From a virus: a stretch of DNA of 64,000 bases. Positions within the stretch are counted from its first letter, which is position 1; each line of letters starts with the position of its first letter. Position numbers and translations under genes: made by a program. The stretch spans positions 3,053-67,052 of IMG/VR virus record IMGVR_UViG_3300038465_000068. One strand, given 5' to 3'. A model generated the notes under the pieces. It saw only the letters and a program-made list of their open reading frames with translations. It was not told where the DNA came from and made no database searches. Below, piece after piece: positions 19,727 to 29,683 of the stretch.

Positions 19727-22003
19727 TTAGCCCATTCCCCCAAGCTGGAAGCCGCGCTTGACCGCGACGTTGAGCGCCTGCATCGCGCTGGACTGGATCG
19801 TCGGCATGGCCTTCACGATTTCGCCGCGCGCAATAGCCGACACGTCCGGGTGGACGCTAATCATCTGGGTGACGTGGGTTGGGCCGCTGGCCTGTCCGCC
19901 ACCCTTGACCTTGCTGCCCGCCGCCACAGAGCCATCGGCCGCGCTGCCGTCGCCGAACAGATCATCGAAAAAGCCCGCGATGCCGCCGCCACTGCCTTTC
20001 TTGCTGCCAGCCGCACCCTTGGGCGCGCTGCCGGACAGGATGCTAAATAGGTTCCCGGCGCTGGCGAAGGTCGGCAGCTTGTCCTTGGTGCCCGTGACGG
20101 AGCCGGTCAGCGCGTTTTCCAGCGGGTTGAGGATGGCCAGCTTCTCAAACATTTTCAGCAAGGACTGCTGGAGGTCGGGCAGCAGGGTCTTGAGACCCTT
20201 CGCGCCCTCGTTGGCGTGATCGAAAATCGAGCCGATCATGCCGGTGTATTCCTTGCCCACCGACAGTTCGCGCTGCTGTTCGTCGGTGATGTCGCGCTTA
20301 GACTTGGCGAGCGAGGCCGCCTGCGCAGCGTTGGCCATGCCCTGCTGATATTCTTTGTCGGTGGCGGTGAAGCCTTTTTCCTTCAATTCAAGTTCTTCGC
20401 GCATCAGGGCGACGCGGCGGTCACGGATGCTTTCGTCGGTGCGCAGCAGGGATACCTCCAGCGCCAGCACGGCGTTGGAATCGGAGGCTTTCAGGTTTTC
20501 CTTGATCTGCGCTTCGGTGCGCTCTGCCTCGGCGCTTTTCAGCAGCGCGTCGCGATAGGCGTTGATGTTGTTGATCGCGCCCTTGCGGTATTCGGCCTCG
20601 GCCTTGATCTGCGCGCCCATAGCCAGCCCGGCCGACGTGCTGGTGCGATAGGCTTCGGCGATCCTCTCCTGCCCCGCTGCCTCCTGCTGGACGACGGACA
20701 GGGCTTCCTTGCGGTCGGTGTTCTGCTTGGCCTGCGCCGCGCCGATGGTGGCGCTGCGGATTGCCCCGGCGCGCGGGGCCATGCCCGGCTCGTCGCTGTT
20801 GCTGTTGAGGGTGAACTGGCGGTTCGCCTCCAGCCGGGCCCGCAGCATTTCGCGGTCGCGCGGGCTGGCGCTGTTGACGCGCGCCTCGTCCCGGTACTTT
20901 TGCAGTTCCATGGCGGCGGGCGAGCGGGAGTCGGCCGACAGGTCATCTTTCTTTTTCGCTGCCTCGGCCGCCTGAGCCGCGCGCTGGCCAGCGCCGACCT
21001 GCCAGTGCAGATCGCCAGCCTTCTTTTCGGCCGCCTCGACCATGGCCGGGGTGACGCCCTTCGCATGCTGACCAAGGGCCCAGCGCATGCGCTGGGCTTC
21101 ATCGTTGGCCTGCGTGGCGCGCTGTTCCAGCGGCGCAGCACCGGAGATCGTCGAGCCGGTCTTGAACCACAGGTTTGAAATCCATGTGCCGAAGCCGTCG
21201 AAAGCCTTGGACAGCCACCACATGCTGTCCTCGACCTGCTTCCAGCGATCCGTCAGGGCCTTAAAGATGGCCATTTCCTGCGCGGCGCGATCCTTCATCT
21301 GCTTGATGTCGCGGACCTGCGCGTCCGTCAGCAGGTTGAAATTGTCGTGCAAATCCTGCGCGGCCTTGGCAGGATTTTTCATCATTTCCTCAAGGCCCTC
21401 GGCGGCCTTGTCGAGGCCGAGCCCGGACATCTTGGAATAGCCGTAGGTGGCCTTGACGCCCTCCTGCATGTCCTCGCCGGGGACGCGGCCGTGCGCCTGC
21501 AGCTTGGACTGCACGTCCATCGCGCCGCGCATCGAAATATCGGACCCGCCGCCAGCAAGGTTCTGGGCGATGCCATATGCCTGCCCCTTGGTCAGGCCAG
21601 CCGCGCTGCCGGTGGCGGCGATGGCCCGGCCGACGCGGTCGATGGCCATTTCCGCCTGATAGGCGCTGACGGCCATGGCGGCGAACGGGGCAAGCACCGC
21701 GCCGCCCATGAGGATGCCTTTGGACGTCAGGCCGGAGAGGTGGGTGCCGATCAGCAGCAGGGTGGACGGCAGGCGGGCAAGGTCGCCCGTCATCGCCTCG
21801 CGGCCGAAATACAGCAGTTCGCGCCGGTTGATCTCGATGCCGCGATGCAGTTCCTCGGCACCGGCCGCCGCGCGCTTGAAGTGGCTGGAGATATTGTCGC
21901 CAGCGGTCTTGGAAACGCCGTCAAGCTGCTTCGCCTTGGCCATGGCAGGGCCGAGGTCGTAATCGACCGTGTAATACAGGCGGTCCAGTTCCGTGCCAGC
22001 CAT
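19727..22003 (-). CDS. tail tape measure protein
   Basis: 758 aa, Ala-rich helical, after tail chaperones. Confidence 0.85.
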   Translation of the reverse strand: MAGTELDRLYYTVDYDLGPAMAKAKQLDGVSKTAGDNISSHFKRAAAGAEELHRGIEINRRELLYFGREAMTGDLARLPSTLLLIGTHLSGLTSKGILMGGAVLAPFAAMAVSAYQAEMAIDRVGRAIAATGSAAGLTKGQAYGIAQNLAGGGSDISMRGAMDVQSKLQAHGRVPGEDMQEGVKATYGYSKMSGLGLDKAAEGLEEMMKNPAKAAQDLHDNFNLLTDAQVRDIKQMKDRAAQEMAIFKALTDRWKQVEDSMWWLSKAFDGFGTWISNLWFKTGSTISGAAPLEQRATQANDEAQRMRWALGQHAKGVTPAMVEAAEKKAGDLHWQVGAGQRAAQAAEAAKKKDDLSADSRSPAAMELQKYRDEARVNSASPRDREMLRARLEANRQFTLNSNSDEPGMAPRAGAIRSATIGAAQAKQNTDRKEALSVVQQEAAGQERIAEAYRTSTSAGLAMGAQIKAEAEYRKGAINNINAYRDALLKSAEAERTEAQIKENLKASDSNAVLALEVSLLRTDESIRDRRVALMREELELKEKGFTATDKEYQQGMANAAQAASLAKSKRDITDEQQRELSVGKEYTGMIGSIFDHANEGAKGLKTLLPDLQQSLLKMFEKLAILNPLENALTGSVTGTKDKLPTFASAGNLFSILSGSAPKGAAGSKKGSGGGIAGFFDDLFGDGSAADGSVAAGSKVKGGGQASGPTHVTQMISVHPDVSAIARGEIVKAMPTIQSSAMQALNVAVKRGFQLGGMG

Positions 22004-22260
22004 CAGACGTCACCCGGCTTTGTGTCGGGAAAACGCTGCTTCATTTCTTCGATGGCCAGCACATCATCCTCCGACCACTGGTACTTGTCGTCCAGAGAGC
22101 CCTTGTCCCGCAGGTGCCCGATGTACCCGCACGACACTTCGTAGAAGGTCGATTTCCAGAAATCCTCCGGCGACCAATGCAACACACCGAGCGCGAAGGT
22201 TGCCCATTTCTCGACGTCTAGCTTGCTTGGGGCGGCGCGTCGGCCGCCACGGGAGGGGTC
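22003..22260 (-). CDS. tail assembly chaperone T segment (probably reached by -1 frameshift)
   Basis: LGVLHWSPEDFWKSTFYE motif in the -1 frame overlapping the end of G; no good own start. Confidence 0.65.
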   Translation of the reverse strand, partial: DPSRGGRRAAPSKLDVEKWATFALGVLHWSPEDFWKSTFYEVSCGYIGHLRDKGSLDDKYQWSEDDVLAIEEMKQRFPDTKPGDV

Positions 22261-22640
22261 GAGTCGGCGGTCGCGCCAGCCTCCTCGATCTCTTTCATGG
22301 CGGCGTTGACATGCTCGGTATTGCCTTTGATGGCGCGCGAGCACAGCAGGCCGAGGGGTTTCCAGAACGGGCCGCAGCCGTCGTTCATCAGAACCTCGCC
22401 GACCTTGGCCGGTGTCAGCTTGTCGCCCATGCTGGGCCGCAGCGCCCAATACAGGACGGTGCCGGTCTCAGAGAGAGACGCATAATTGCGGGGATCGTCG
22501 TCGAGAAATTTCCACGCCAGCGCGGCGCATGCCTGACCTGTGTTGGCCTCGATGGCGGAAATGACCTCGAAGGTCGGTCGGACGGAATACGACTTTCCGT
22601 CGAAGATGATGTCGATTTCTTGGCGGGCCGCATTAGCCAT
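22218..22640 (-). CDS. tail assembly chaperone G (GTA gp10-like)
   Basis: MANAARQEI...VRPTFEVISAIE; GGAGG RBS. Confidence 0.8.
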   Translation of the reverse strand: MANAARQEIDIIFDGKSYSVRPTFEVISAIEANTGQACAALAWKFLDDDPRNYASLSETGTVLYWALRPSMGDKLTPAKVGEVLMNDGCGPFWKPLGLLCSRAIKGNTEHVNAAMKEIEEAGATADSTPPVAADAPPQAS

Positions 22641-22670
22641 GCATGGCCTCCTCTATGGTGGTGGGTGGTT

Positions 22671-23093
22671 TTAACCCCCGGCGTTGAACACGATGGTGCC
22701 GGAGGATGCGAAGCTGAAATCGTAGGTTTCAGCGCCGTCATAGTTGCCGGTGCGCTTGAGGGTCACAACGACCCAGTTGCCGGTATAGGTGTCGCCATTG
22801 TCGAAAATCAGTTGGCCGCTGAACTGACTCTGCGGCGGGTTGGCGGCGAGGATCAGCGAGTCAAGCTGCGGGCCGTCGTCGAAAAGGCCCTGCGCGGTCA
22901 CGTCGTACTTGGTGACGCCCGCACCGGGCAGCATAGTCTGGAAGCCGCCGCTGTCCTTGTTGGTGACGTCGACCGGGCTCGCGCTGATCGTCATTTCGCA
23001 GTTTCGCAGGCCGCCCATGGCCGTATAGGATTCCGGGCTGGTCTGACTGCCGTACTTGAATAGGACCGTGCGGCCCTTGCGATACGTCGGCAT
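22671..23093 (-). CDS. major tail tube protein (TP901-1/GTA-like)
   Basis: GGLR, VDVTNKDSGG, TYDFSFASSG. Confidence 0.9.
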   Translation of the reverse strand: MPTYRKGRTVLFKYGSQTSPESYTAMGGLRNCEMTISASPVDVTNKDSGGFQTMLPGAGVTKYDVTAQGLFDDGPQLDSLILAANPPQSQFSGQLIFDNGDTYTGNWVVVTLKRTGNYDGAETYDFSFASSGTIVFNAGG

Positions 23094-23151
23094 GGAAAAC
23101 CCCCTTGGCCCAGTTCAGGCGCAAACTATTGCCCCACAAGGTCAGCCGCGT

Positions 23152-23766
23152 CTAGGCGGACAAGGCGTCCTCTGGTTTGCACATAGGCCAAACTGTCAGG
23201 GCTGAGTTCGGCGAGCCGTTGATGACGGTGACGCCCTTGGCCGCAAGGATCGGCGCAAGCGTGGAAAATGAGGCTTTCCAGCGTTCCATGGTCTCGGCTG
23301 GCGGCGGCGCGGTGTCATACCCGCTGTGGAAGTTGCGGTTCGCTTTGGTGCCGTCGTGCGTCAGGTCCACGCCCAGCAGGACGATGCGCTTCGCCCCCAG
23401 ATGGACGGCAAGGTGAGTCGCGGCATAGGCGCTATTCCAGCCGTGGCGCAAGTGTTCCGGGTGCTCGTCGAAGCCGTCCGGGCCGGTGAAAAGATACTGG
23501 GTCACTTCGGCCGGGAGTTCGTGCCGGTGATATTCGACGTTGCCCGTGGCCTTGAATGGCGCGGCGTGCGCCTGCAATGTCAGGCTGGCCCGCCGCCAGT
23601 AGCGCGCATCGGTCCACCACAGCACGTCGGCATCCGGCAGATATTCGTGGGCGCGGTTTATGGCGATGACGCGGCGGCCGCGCAGCAGGCCGAAATCGAA
23701 GCCCTTGAGGCTCGATCCACCGGCACAAATGATCGCCGTGTCGCCCTCGAAAATGCGCGGGATCAT
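23152..23766 (-). CDS. Rossmann-fold glycosyltransferase-like protein (CstII/Maf-like)
   Basis: IICAGGSSL, VIAINRA, NSAYAA..LA..LGAKRIVLLGVD; ATGA-coupled. Confidence 0.65.
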   Translation of the reverse strand: MIPRIFEGDTAIICAGGSSLKGFDFGLLRGRRVIAINRAHEYLPDADVLWWTDARYWRRASLTLQAHAAPFKATGNVEYHRHELPAEVTQYLFTGPDGFDEHPEHLRHGWNSAYAATHLAVHLGAKRIVLLGVDLTHDGTKANRNFHSGYDTAPPPAETMERWKASFSTLAPILAAKGVTVINGSPNSALTVWPMCKPEDALSA

Positions 23767-24167
23767 GCCGGGCTGCGCATCAGCTTGTAGTTTCTCGCTA
23801 GATTTGAACGGCGGTTCTCGTCCTGACCGAGCGACATCGGGGCCGACTGCTGGGCATAGCAATAGACATAATCGCCGCCGAACTGGATTTGCGCATTGCC
23901 CGCGTGCAGGAAGGCAAAAATTGCGGCCTCCTTTTCCTGCACCGCGTTGAAGTCGTTAGCCTGTCCCCGCACCCTGACCTGCACCTTGGGGTAGCCGACC
24001 GGGATAGCGGTCTCCGGCGGTGCGCCGCCCGCAAAATAGATGCAGATGGAGCGGTCTGGCGCTTCCTGCAAATAGCCGACGCGGATCATCCAGTCGGCGG
24101 ACTCCGTGGTGTCCTGCCCCAGTTCGGCCGTCACCAGCGCGGCGGCGATGTCATCCAGCACGCTCAT
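23763..24167 (-). CDS. tail terminator/minor capsid-3-like protein
   Basis: PKVQVRVRG, LGQDENRR; neck synteny. Confidence 0.75.
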   Translation of the reverse strand: MSVLDDIAAALVTAELGQDTTESADWMIRVGYLQEAPDRSICIYFAGGAPPETAIPVGYPKVQVRVRGQANDFNAVQEKEAAIFAFLHAGNAQIQFGGDYVYCYAQQSAPMSLGQDENRRSNLARNYKLMRSPA

Positions 24168-24616
24168 TCCACGTCTCCCGCGCCGCCGCTTTCGTCCTGC
24201 GTCGGCGCGCTGTCGGTTTTCATGCGCGCCGCGATCTTGGACCCGAAGTTCTGGGTGTGCTCGTCAAACGGAACTTCCAGATATTTGGCTTGGCCAACCT
24301 CGTGGTGCGCCTCAAGATTTTCATGGACCGCCAGCGCATAGGCCGTGGTCGGCTCCAGTGTCTTGGGATTGATCTTGGTGGCCACGCCGCCGTACCCGAC
24401 CTCGTCGATGACGTGATCGTCCTCCATCCACGGCTCGGCGACATAGCCCGACCCGCGCAGCGCGCCGGTATCCACCGGCACCAGCGGCAGGCTGTCCTTG
24501 AGCACGTCCTCCAATTCGGCGTAGGTGGCCTTCATCAGGCCGGGCGCGGCCACCCCGGTGATGTGATCCGAGAGTGTCGCCGTCATGGTCTTGCCGCTGG
24601 CGGTGCGCATGGCCAT
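24164..24616 (-). CDS. HK97 gp10-like neck protein
   Basis: VPVDTGALRGS, YALAVHE, GQAKYLE. Confidence 0.85.
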   Translation of the reverse strand: MAMRTASGKTMTATLSDHITGVAAPGLMKATYAELEDVLKDSLPLVPVDTGALRGSGYVAEPWMEDDHVIDEVGYGGVATKINPKTLEPTTAYALAVHENLEAHHEVGQAKYLEVPFDEHTQNFGSKIAARMKTDSAPTQDESGGAGDVE

Positions 24617-24948
24617 CAGCCGAAATCCACACGGGTAAATTGCTGCACGCCAGTCTCGTCCTCGGCACCGTTGACGGCAAGGATCGGCGGCGTGCTGCCG
24701 TCAGGCATCGTCACGCGCGAGGTTGGCGGGAACGGGGTCTGGCAGTTCAGCCATGCCGTGCCCTTTGTGGCGATCAGTTCGCCCTGCGGCCCGCGAATAT
24801 ACCCAGCCTTGTTGGAAACATGGCCCTTGTACGGCACGTCGGTGCCATAGGTGACGGCACCATATTTGTCGCTGTTGAGGCGCGGCGCGACCTTCACGAC
24901 GCTGGGCATCATGTCGGCAAAGTCAGCGATGAAGCTGTCGGCCATCAC
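24616..24948 (-). CDS. head closure protein
   Basis: DKYGAVTYG motif; synteny. Confidence 0.7.
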   Translation of the reverse strand: MMADSFIADFADMMPSVVKVAPRLNSDKYGAVTYGTDVPYKGHVSNKAGYIRGPQGELIATKGTAWLNCQTPFPPTSRVTMPDGSTPPILAVNGAEDETGVQQFTRVDFG

Positions 24949-25763
24949 GCGCTGTCCTCCGGCACATTGTTGTTCTGGAAGCCGCCATAGCTGCCGCCGC
25001 GATTGTCGAAAGCCTTGATGGTGGTGAACGCGCCGATGGCGTCGCGGTTGAAGCGCGGCGAATAGCTATGGCGATCCGACTTGCTGATGCCTGCGGTGTA
25101 CATGCCGCCGCCGTGCATGTCGGCCTGCGCCTGATAGTCGGCCGCCGCGTTGAAGAAGTTTTTGGAGATTTCGCCATAGTTGATCGACAGATCGCCGAGG
25201 CGCTTGGTCGCCTTCCCGGCATACTTCTGGCCAAGCATGCGGCAGACCTGCGCCGCGACGTACAGTGGGCCACCAAAATTTGCTGCCAGCCCGTCATAGA
25301 CCTGATCGGTATAGGTAGGGTTGTCCATGTCGGTATCGCCGACCAGCGCGCGGATCAGATCGCGGGTGCTGGTGCTGGGATCGCCGGAATATGTCGCCAT
25401 CGGCTTGGGCTTCACCGTCCACTGGCCATCGCCGACCGTGCTCGGATTGCCGGACTGATCGGTGATGACGGCCTTGTGATAATAGGCTTCTGTCAGCGCG
25501 GCCGTGTCGCCCGCAGTCACGCTGATGGCAAATATGCCGGTAGAGCCGTCACCGACAATGGTGATCTCAGACCGCGACAGCTTTTTGGTCAGAACGATGG
25601 GCGAGCCGGCGTCGAGATTGCGCTGTACCGTCCACACAATCTCGGTGACGTTGCCGCCGCCGATAGGCAGCGGGATGGTGCTGGCCTTATCGGAAAAGCA
25701 CTGGAACGAGACAAGGCCGCCGTCTCCGGCGTACATGGTGAAATCTTGGTTCGTCGTGCTCAT
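24945..25763 (-). CDS. head-tail adaptor fused to an N-terminal BppU-like beta-sandwich
   Basis: N-half NQDFTMYAGD...VTAGDTAAL; C-half TYSGDPSTSTRDLIRALVGDTD...LGDLSINY. Confidence 0.7.
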   Translation of the reverse strand: MSTTNQDFTMYAGDGGLVSFQCFSDKASTIPLPIGGGNVTEIVWTVQRNLDAGSPIVLTKKLSRSEITIVGDGSTGIFAISVTAGDTAALTEAYYHKAVITDQSGNPSTVGDGQWTVKPKPMATYSGDPSTSTRDLIRALVGDTDMDNPTYTDQVYDGLAANFGGPLYVAAQVCRMLGQKYAGKATKRLGDLSINYGEISKNFFNAAADYQAQADMHGGGMYTAGISKSDRHSYSPRFNRDAIGAFTTIKAFDNRGGSYGGFQNNNVPEDSA

Positions 25764-27616
25764 TTGATCTGCCCCACGAGAAGGATTTGCACCTTCGACC
25801 CCTCAAGATCGACCGCGACCTTGGACCCCTCAAGCTGTACCGCGACTTTGGACCCCTGCAAAGTGACCTGCGGAACCAGCGCATAACCGTAGAAAGCGAT
25901 GGGCTCGCCCTCGTCACGGTGGACGTCCATCGTGATTTCGATTCTGGCCGCCGTGGCGTCCAGCAGCAGCTTGGCCGCCCGCTCGGCAGGAACCGGCAGA
26001 TCAACCAGCAGCGCGCCGGTCCATTCCGCCGGGCCAGTGGCGTCGGCGTGCATAAGCTGTCCAACACGCTCAACAGCCACGGCCGCAGCAGCCGCCACGG
26101 CGGCCAGCACCTCGGCCGGTACTGAGCGGTCGACCGCCAGCGTGGCGCTGTAGGACGCTCCCAAGCCCGTCAGGCCGTAAACCGTACCGGCCGCCTCCAT
26201 TGGAACTGTCTGATCCTGCCTGATGGCCGCCAGCGCCTCGGCCAGAGCCGGGGTGCTTTGGGCCAGCCATGTGCGGAACTCGGTCGGAAACGCGCCGTCG
26301 ACCGCCATGGTTCCGCGCCACTCTGCCGGGCTCGGCTCGGTCGTGCTGACGCCGCCGCCAACCTCAACAGGCGCAAAGGACTGGCTTGGCGCGACCACGC
26401 CAGTCGTATCGCTCGGTGACTGGCTGTCGCGTTCCACCGTGGCCTTCTGGTCGCCATTGACTGGCATATCGGCAGCGAGCCCGCCAAGGCGCTCGGCCAC
26501 AGCCGACGCGGCCGCGCTGACGCCCAGCAGCCGCTCGACCGCTGCAAGGCTATCGACCAGCAGCAGGCCGGTCGCGCCAATGGGGAAGGTCGCGGTGTCG
26601 AATCGCAGATCGGTGGTGAACTGGATCGGCACAGCGAACATCGGCTTCACGTCAAATGTCTTTTCCAGTGGGACCGAGGCCAACGCCTTGACGTCCATGG
26701 TGATCTCGACCGGCGCGGCGGTCTGCACCGGCACGTCAACGGTATGCTCGGCGGCCAGCGGTGCGTCACGTTGCTCGGTGCCAATGTGCTCAAACGGCCC
26801 GGCGGCTGATTCTCCGATGCCGGAGCCGATGATCTCCATGGGAACCGAGGAATGGGCCCGGACCTCCATTGTCTCCTCGACCGGCTGCGCGCTGTCCCGG
26901 CCCTCGGCCGTCAGATGCTCGGCACCGGATTGACCGTCCTGCTGTAGCGTCGCCCGCCATTCGGTCAGGACGCCAAACAGGTTGATGACCTGCACAGCGA
27001 GGTCGATCAGCCATGCGGCGCTGTCGGCGTGAACGTCGTTGGTGATCTCGATTGGTGCGGTGGCGCTATCGACCCGCACCAGCGCAAAATCCTCAAACGG
27101 GATCATCCATGCGAAAGACGGCGCGGCTGACAAGATTTCCAGAGGCGAATATGTCAGAGGCTTTACGTCAACCGTGTGCTCCAGCGGCATGTCGTGGGAA
27201 TCGTCGACATAGATCGAGCCGCCAGTGTCAACGTTGGACTGGCTGTCTGCCAGTAGCCGACCCTTGAAGCCGAACGGGTCAATGGAAAGCACGAGGTCTG
27301 TTCCCAAGATTTCGGCCACGATTACCGGGCCGAAACTGACAGCGACACCGATCTCTGTCGGCGCAATAGTGTTTGACCGGACATCGTTCGTGATCTCGAC
27401 GTTGGAACTGCTGTCGCGCAGCACTGGCACAAAAAACTCAACCGGCTTCGGACTGTCTCGCAGTAGCAGGTTGATCCAGCCCGGCAACATCGGATTGTCG
27501 CCACCGACACCGCCGCCGACGATTAGCGGTGATGCGGAGTCACAAAAGATTGTCGAGCCACCAGCGCCCGGCAACTCGTTAAGTGCAGTTTCATTGAGCG
27601 CATCAAAGCCCAGCAT
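25760..27616 (-). CDS. virion fibre-like protein with ~14-aa repeats
   Basis: DSPKPVEFFVPVLR/DSSSNVEITNDVRS periodicity. Confidence 0.7.
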   Translation of the reverse strand: MLGFDALNETALNELPGAGGSTIFCDSASPLIVGGGVGGDNPMLPGWINLLLRDSPKPVEFFVPVLRDSSSNVEITNDVRSNTIAPTEIGVAVSFGPVIVAEILGTDLVLSIDPFGFKGRLLADSQSNVDTGGSIYVDDSHDMPLEHTVDVKPLTYSPLEILSAAPSFAWMIPFEDFALVRVDSATAPIEITNDVHADSAAWLIDLAVQVINLFGVLTEWRATLQQDGQSGAEHLTAEGRDSAQPVEETMEVRAHSSVPMEIIGSGIGESAAGPFEHIGTEQRDAPLAAEHTVDVPVQTAAPVEITMDVKALASVPLEKTFDVKPMFAVPIQFTTDLRFDTATFPIGATGLLLVDSLAAVERLLGVSAAASAVAERLGGLAADMPVNGDQKATVERDSQSPSDTTGVVAPSQSFAPVEVGGGVSTTEPSPAEWRGTMAVDGAFPTEFRTWLAQSTPALAEALAAIRQDQTVPMEAAGTVYGLTGLGASYSATLAVDRSVPAEVLAAVAAAAAVAVERVGQLMHADATGPAEWTGALLVDLPVPAERAAKLLLDATAARIEITMDVHRDEGEPIAFYGYALVPQVTLQGSKVAVQLEGSKVAVDLEGSKVQILLVGQIK

Positions 27617-27628
27617 GGCGAAACCTTT

Positions 27629-28369
27629 TTAAACCGGGACAAATACACCCGACCATGCGGTGCCAGCGTACATGGTGGTGGTGGTGGTGACGGCGGCGTT
27701 GATGCTGGCATCGTTGGCCTGTACCGTTTCGCTCGCCGCCAGCAAAATGGAATATGGCCTAAACATATTTATGTTGTTGATGGTGCTGTTCGGGGTAAGA
27801 CCACTTTCCAAATAAACAGTGCCCTGCACGCTTCCGTCCAGCGCGCATCTGATAAGATCCCAAGGCCCCGACGCATACATTTGGATGCCCAACATTCCCG
27901 AAAGAATACCGGCGCACGGTGCCTTAAATAAATTGGTGCTGAGATTGAAGTAGCCGCCGACGTTCTGTTGCGCCTGATTGAACGGTATAGCTTTCGTAGC
28001 GCCGGTGCCGTTGAAATTAGTTTGGTCGCCGGTCATGTTCACGAGGAACGCCGCCAACGGCACGCACTGGGCAGCTTGGGCGAGAAGGTCGCCCCACATC
28101 GTTATAGAGCCACTGAAATTGACCGCGCTGCCGCTGTTGCTGGAACCAAGAACTGTGGTTCTTGACAGCTTGTTGCCGCTGCTGACGTAAGTGCCGATCC
28201 CGACTTCCCAGTTACCGCTGGTGTCGTTGATGGTGTAGGACGGTGTGTCGCCGTTGGAGCAAACGGCGCTGAAAGCCTGAAACCCTGTGACCGCGCCGCC
28301 AAGCGTGATCTGCCCCGTGCCCGGTGCGGCGGCGGTCTCCTTTACGCGCGGTTTAAGAATGAACGCCAT
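27629..28369 (-). CDS. fibre/adhesin-like protein with C1q-like C-terminus
   Basis: RVKET...GTG..TL, WEVGIGT N-domain; IPFNQAQQNVGGYFN...FKAP. Confidence 0.7.
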   Translation of the reverse strand: MAFILKPRVKETAAAPGTGQITLGGAVTGFQAFSAVCSNGDTPSYTINDTSGNWEVGIGTYVSSGNKLSRTTVLGSSNSGSAVNFSGSITMWGDLLAQAAQCVPLAAFLVNMTGDQTNFNGTGATKAIPFNQAQQNVGGYFNLSTNLFKAPCAGILSGMLGIQMYASGPWDLIRCALDGSVQGTVYLESGLTPNSTINNINMFRPYSILLAASETVQANDASINAAVTTTTTMYAGTAWSGVFVPV

Positions 28370-28393
28370 CTGGTCCCCTTAGAGTAGCGGACC

Positions 28394-29671
28394 TTAGACG
28401 GTGGTGCCGTACTCGCGCAGCGTGAAACTGGTCTTGGCCGGAGCCAAGCCCGGCGTCAAGTGCAGATGCAGCCACACGCCCTGAGCGCCAGCCGCGTTCG
28501 GCGCAGCGCCGGACGGCAAGTTCTGCGGAGACGGCACGTTGATGGTCTGCGGCGCAGCACCATTGCTGATGTACTGGGTAACGGCCGTGCCATTGGTGTG
28601 CGTGGCGGCGGTCGAGCCGCACTGTCCACGCGCAACGGTCCAAGAGTTCGTGCCAGCGCCAGCCGTGACAAACAGTATTTCGCTGTCGATCTGGATGAAA
28701 AATCCGCCGTTCACGATGGTCTGCGGGAAGGCCGCGTTGGCCGTCATGGTCAGCGAGGTCGCGGTCGTGGTGGTGATCGCCGCGCCAAGTGTGTTGGCGG
28801 CAAGGCCGTTGAGCCCGGTGGTGGGGCCGGTCTGGCGCGCGGCGACGGTGCCGGTGTCGTTGAGCGCGGAGGTCAGCGCAAGGTCCAGCACGCCGGACGA
28901 CGGATCGACCTGCTTGCTGATCTGCACCGCCGTCAGGGCGATGGTGGTGTTGTTGTTGACCGCAAAGATTTTCTCGAAATAGTCCTTGTTCACGCCGCCA
29001 GCGATGTCGGCCGAGGCATTGTAGAACGGGCGGCGGACCTGCGTGACCTGATTGGGCGCGAGGTTGAACAGCATGCCCTGATTGACGTCATAGGTCGTCG
29101 AGGACGACGGCACGGTCGACCAGTCGGAGTCCACGGCGACATAATCGGTGCCATAGCCGGTGACGGCGATGATTTCCTTAAGAAGGTACTGCACGCCGCT
29201 CGGCGTGTTGTTGGTGATGCGGATAATGTCGCCGATGGCGCACGAGGCAGCATCGCCAGATTGAAGCTGGATCAGCGCCGGGGTGATGCCGGTCGAGTTG
29301 GCGGCCGCCTGCGCGGTGTGCGCGCTGATAAGGGCAGTATGGCTCAAGACGGCGATGACGCCGACGGCGGTGGTGCCACCCGCCACGGCCTTCAACAGGC
29401 GCTCGAAAGACTGCGAGCCCGTGACCTTGGTGGTGCCGTTGAGGGTCTTGGTCTCGGGCTGGATCGCGCCAGTGCTGTCGCGGCCGGTGGCGGTGATGGT
29501 GGTCGCGGTGTCCGACGAGGACGATGAGACATAGTCCACCGTGCCGGTCGGAGAGACGTCGACAAAGGTGATTTTCTTGGTCGTATCCAGCGCGCCGCCC
29601 GTGGTTGCGCCGTCGCCGTCCGGCATGTTGGCCGAACCATAGAAGCGAATGTCGCCCGGTTTCACGCTCAT
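28394..29671 (-). CDS. Thr/Ala-rich virion structural protein
   Basis: Beta-rich; IQIDSEILFVT...VARGQCGSTAATH module. Confidence 0.7.
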   Translation of the reverse strand: MSVKPGDIRFYGSANMPDGDGATTGGALDTTKKITFVDVSPTGTVDYVSSSSSDTATTITATGRDSTGAIQPETKTLNGTTKVTGSQSFERLLKAVAGGTTAVGVIAVLSHTALISAHTAQAAANSTGITPALIQLQSGDAASCAIGDIIRITNNTPSGVQYLLKEIIAVTGYGTDYVAVDSDWSTVPSSSTTYDVNQGMLFNLAPNQVTQVRRPFYNASADIAGGVNKDYFEKIFAVNNNTTIALTAVQISKQVDPSSGVLDLALTSALNDTGTVAARQTGPTTGLNGLAANTLGAAITTTTATSLTMTANAAFPQTIVNGGFFIQIDSEILFVTAGAGTNSWTVARGQCGSTAATHTNGTAVTQYISNGAAPQTINVPSPQNLPSGAAPNAAGAQGVWLHLHLTPGLAPAKTSFTLREYGTTV

Positions 29672-29683
29672 TTCAGACCCCCA

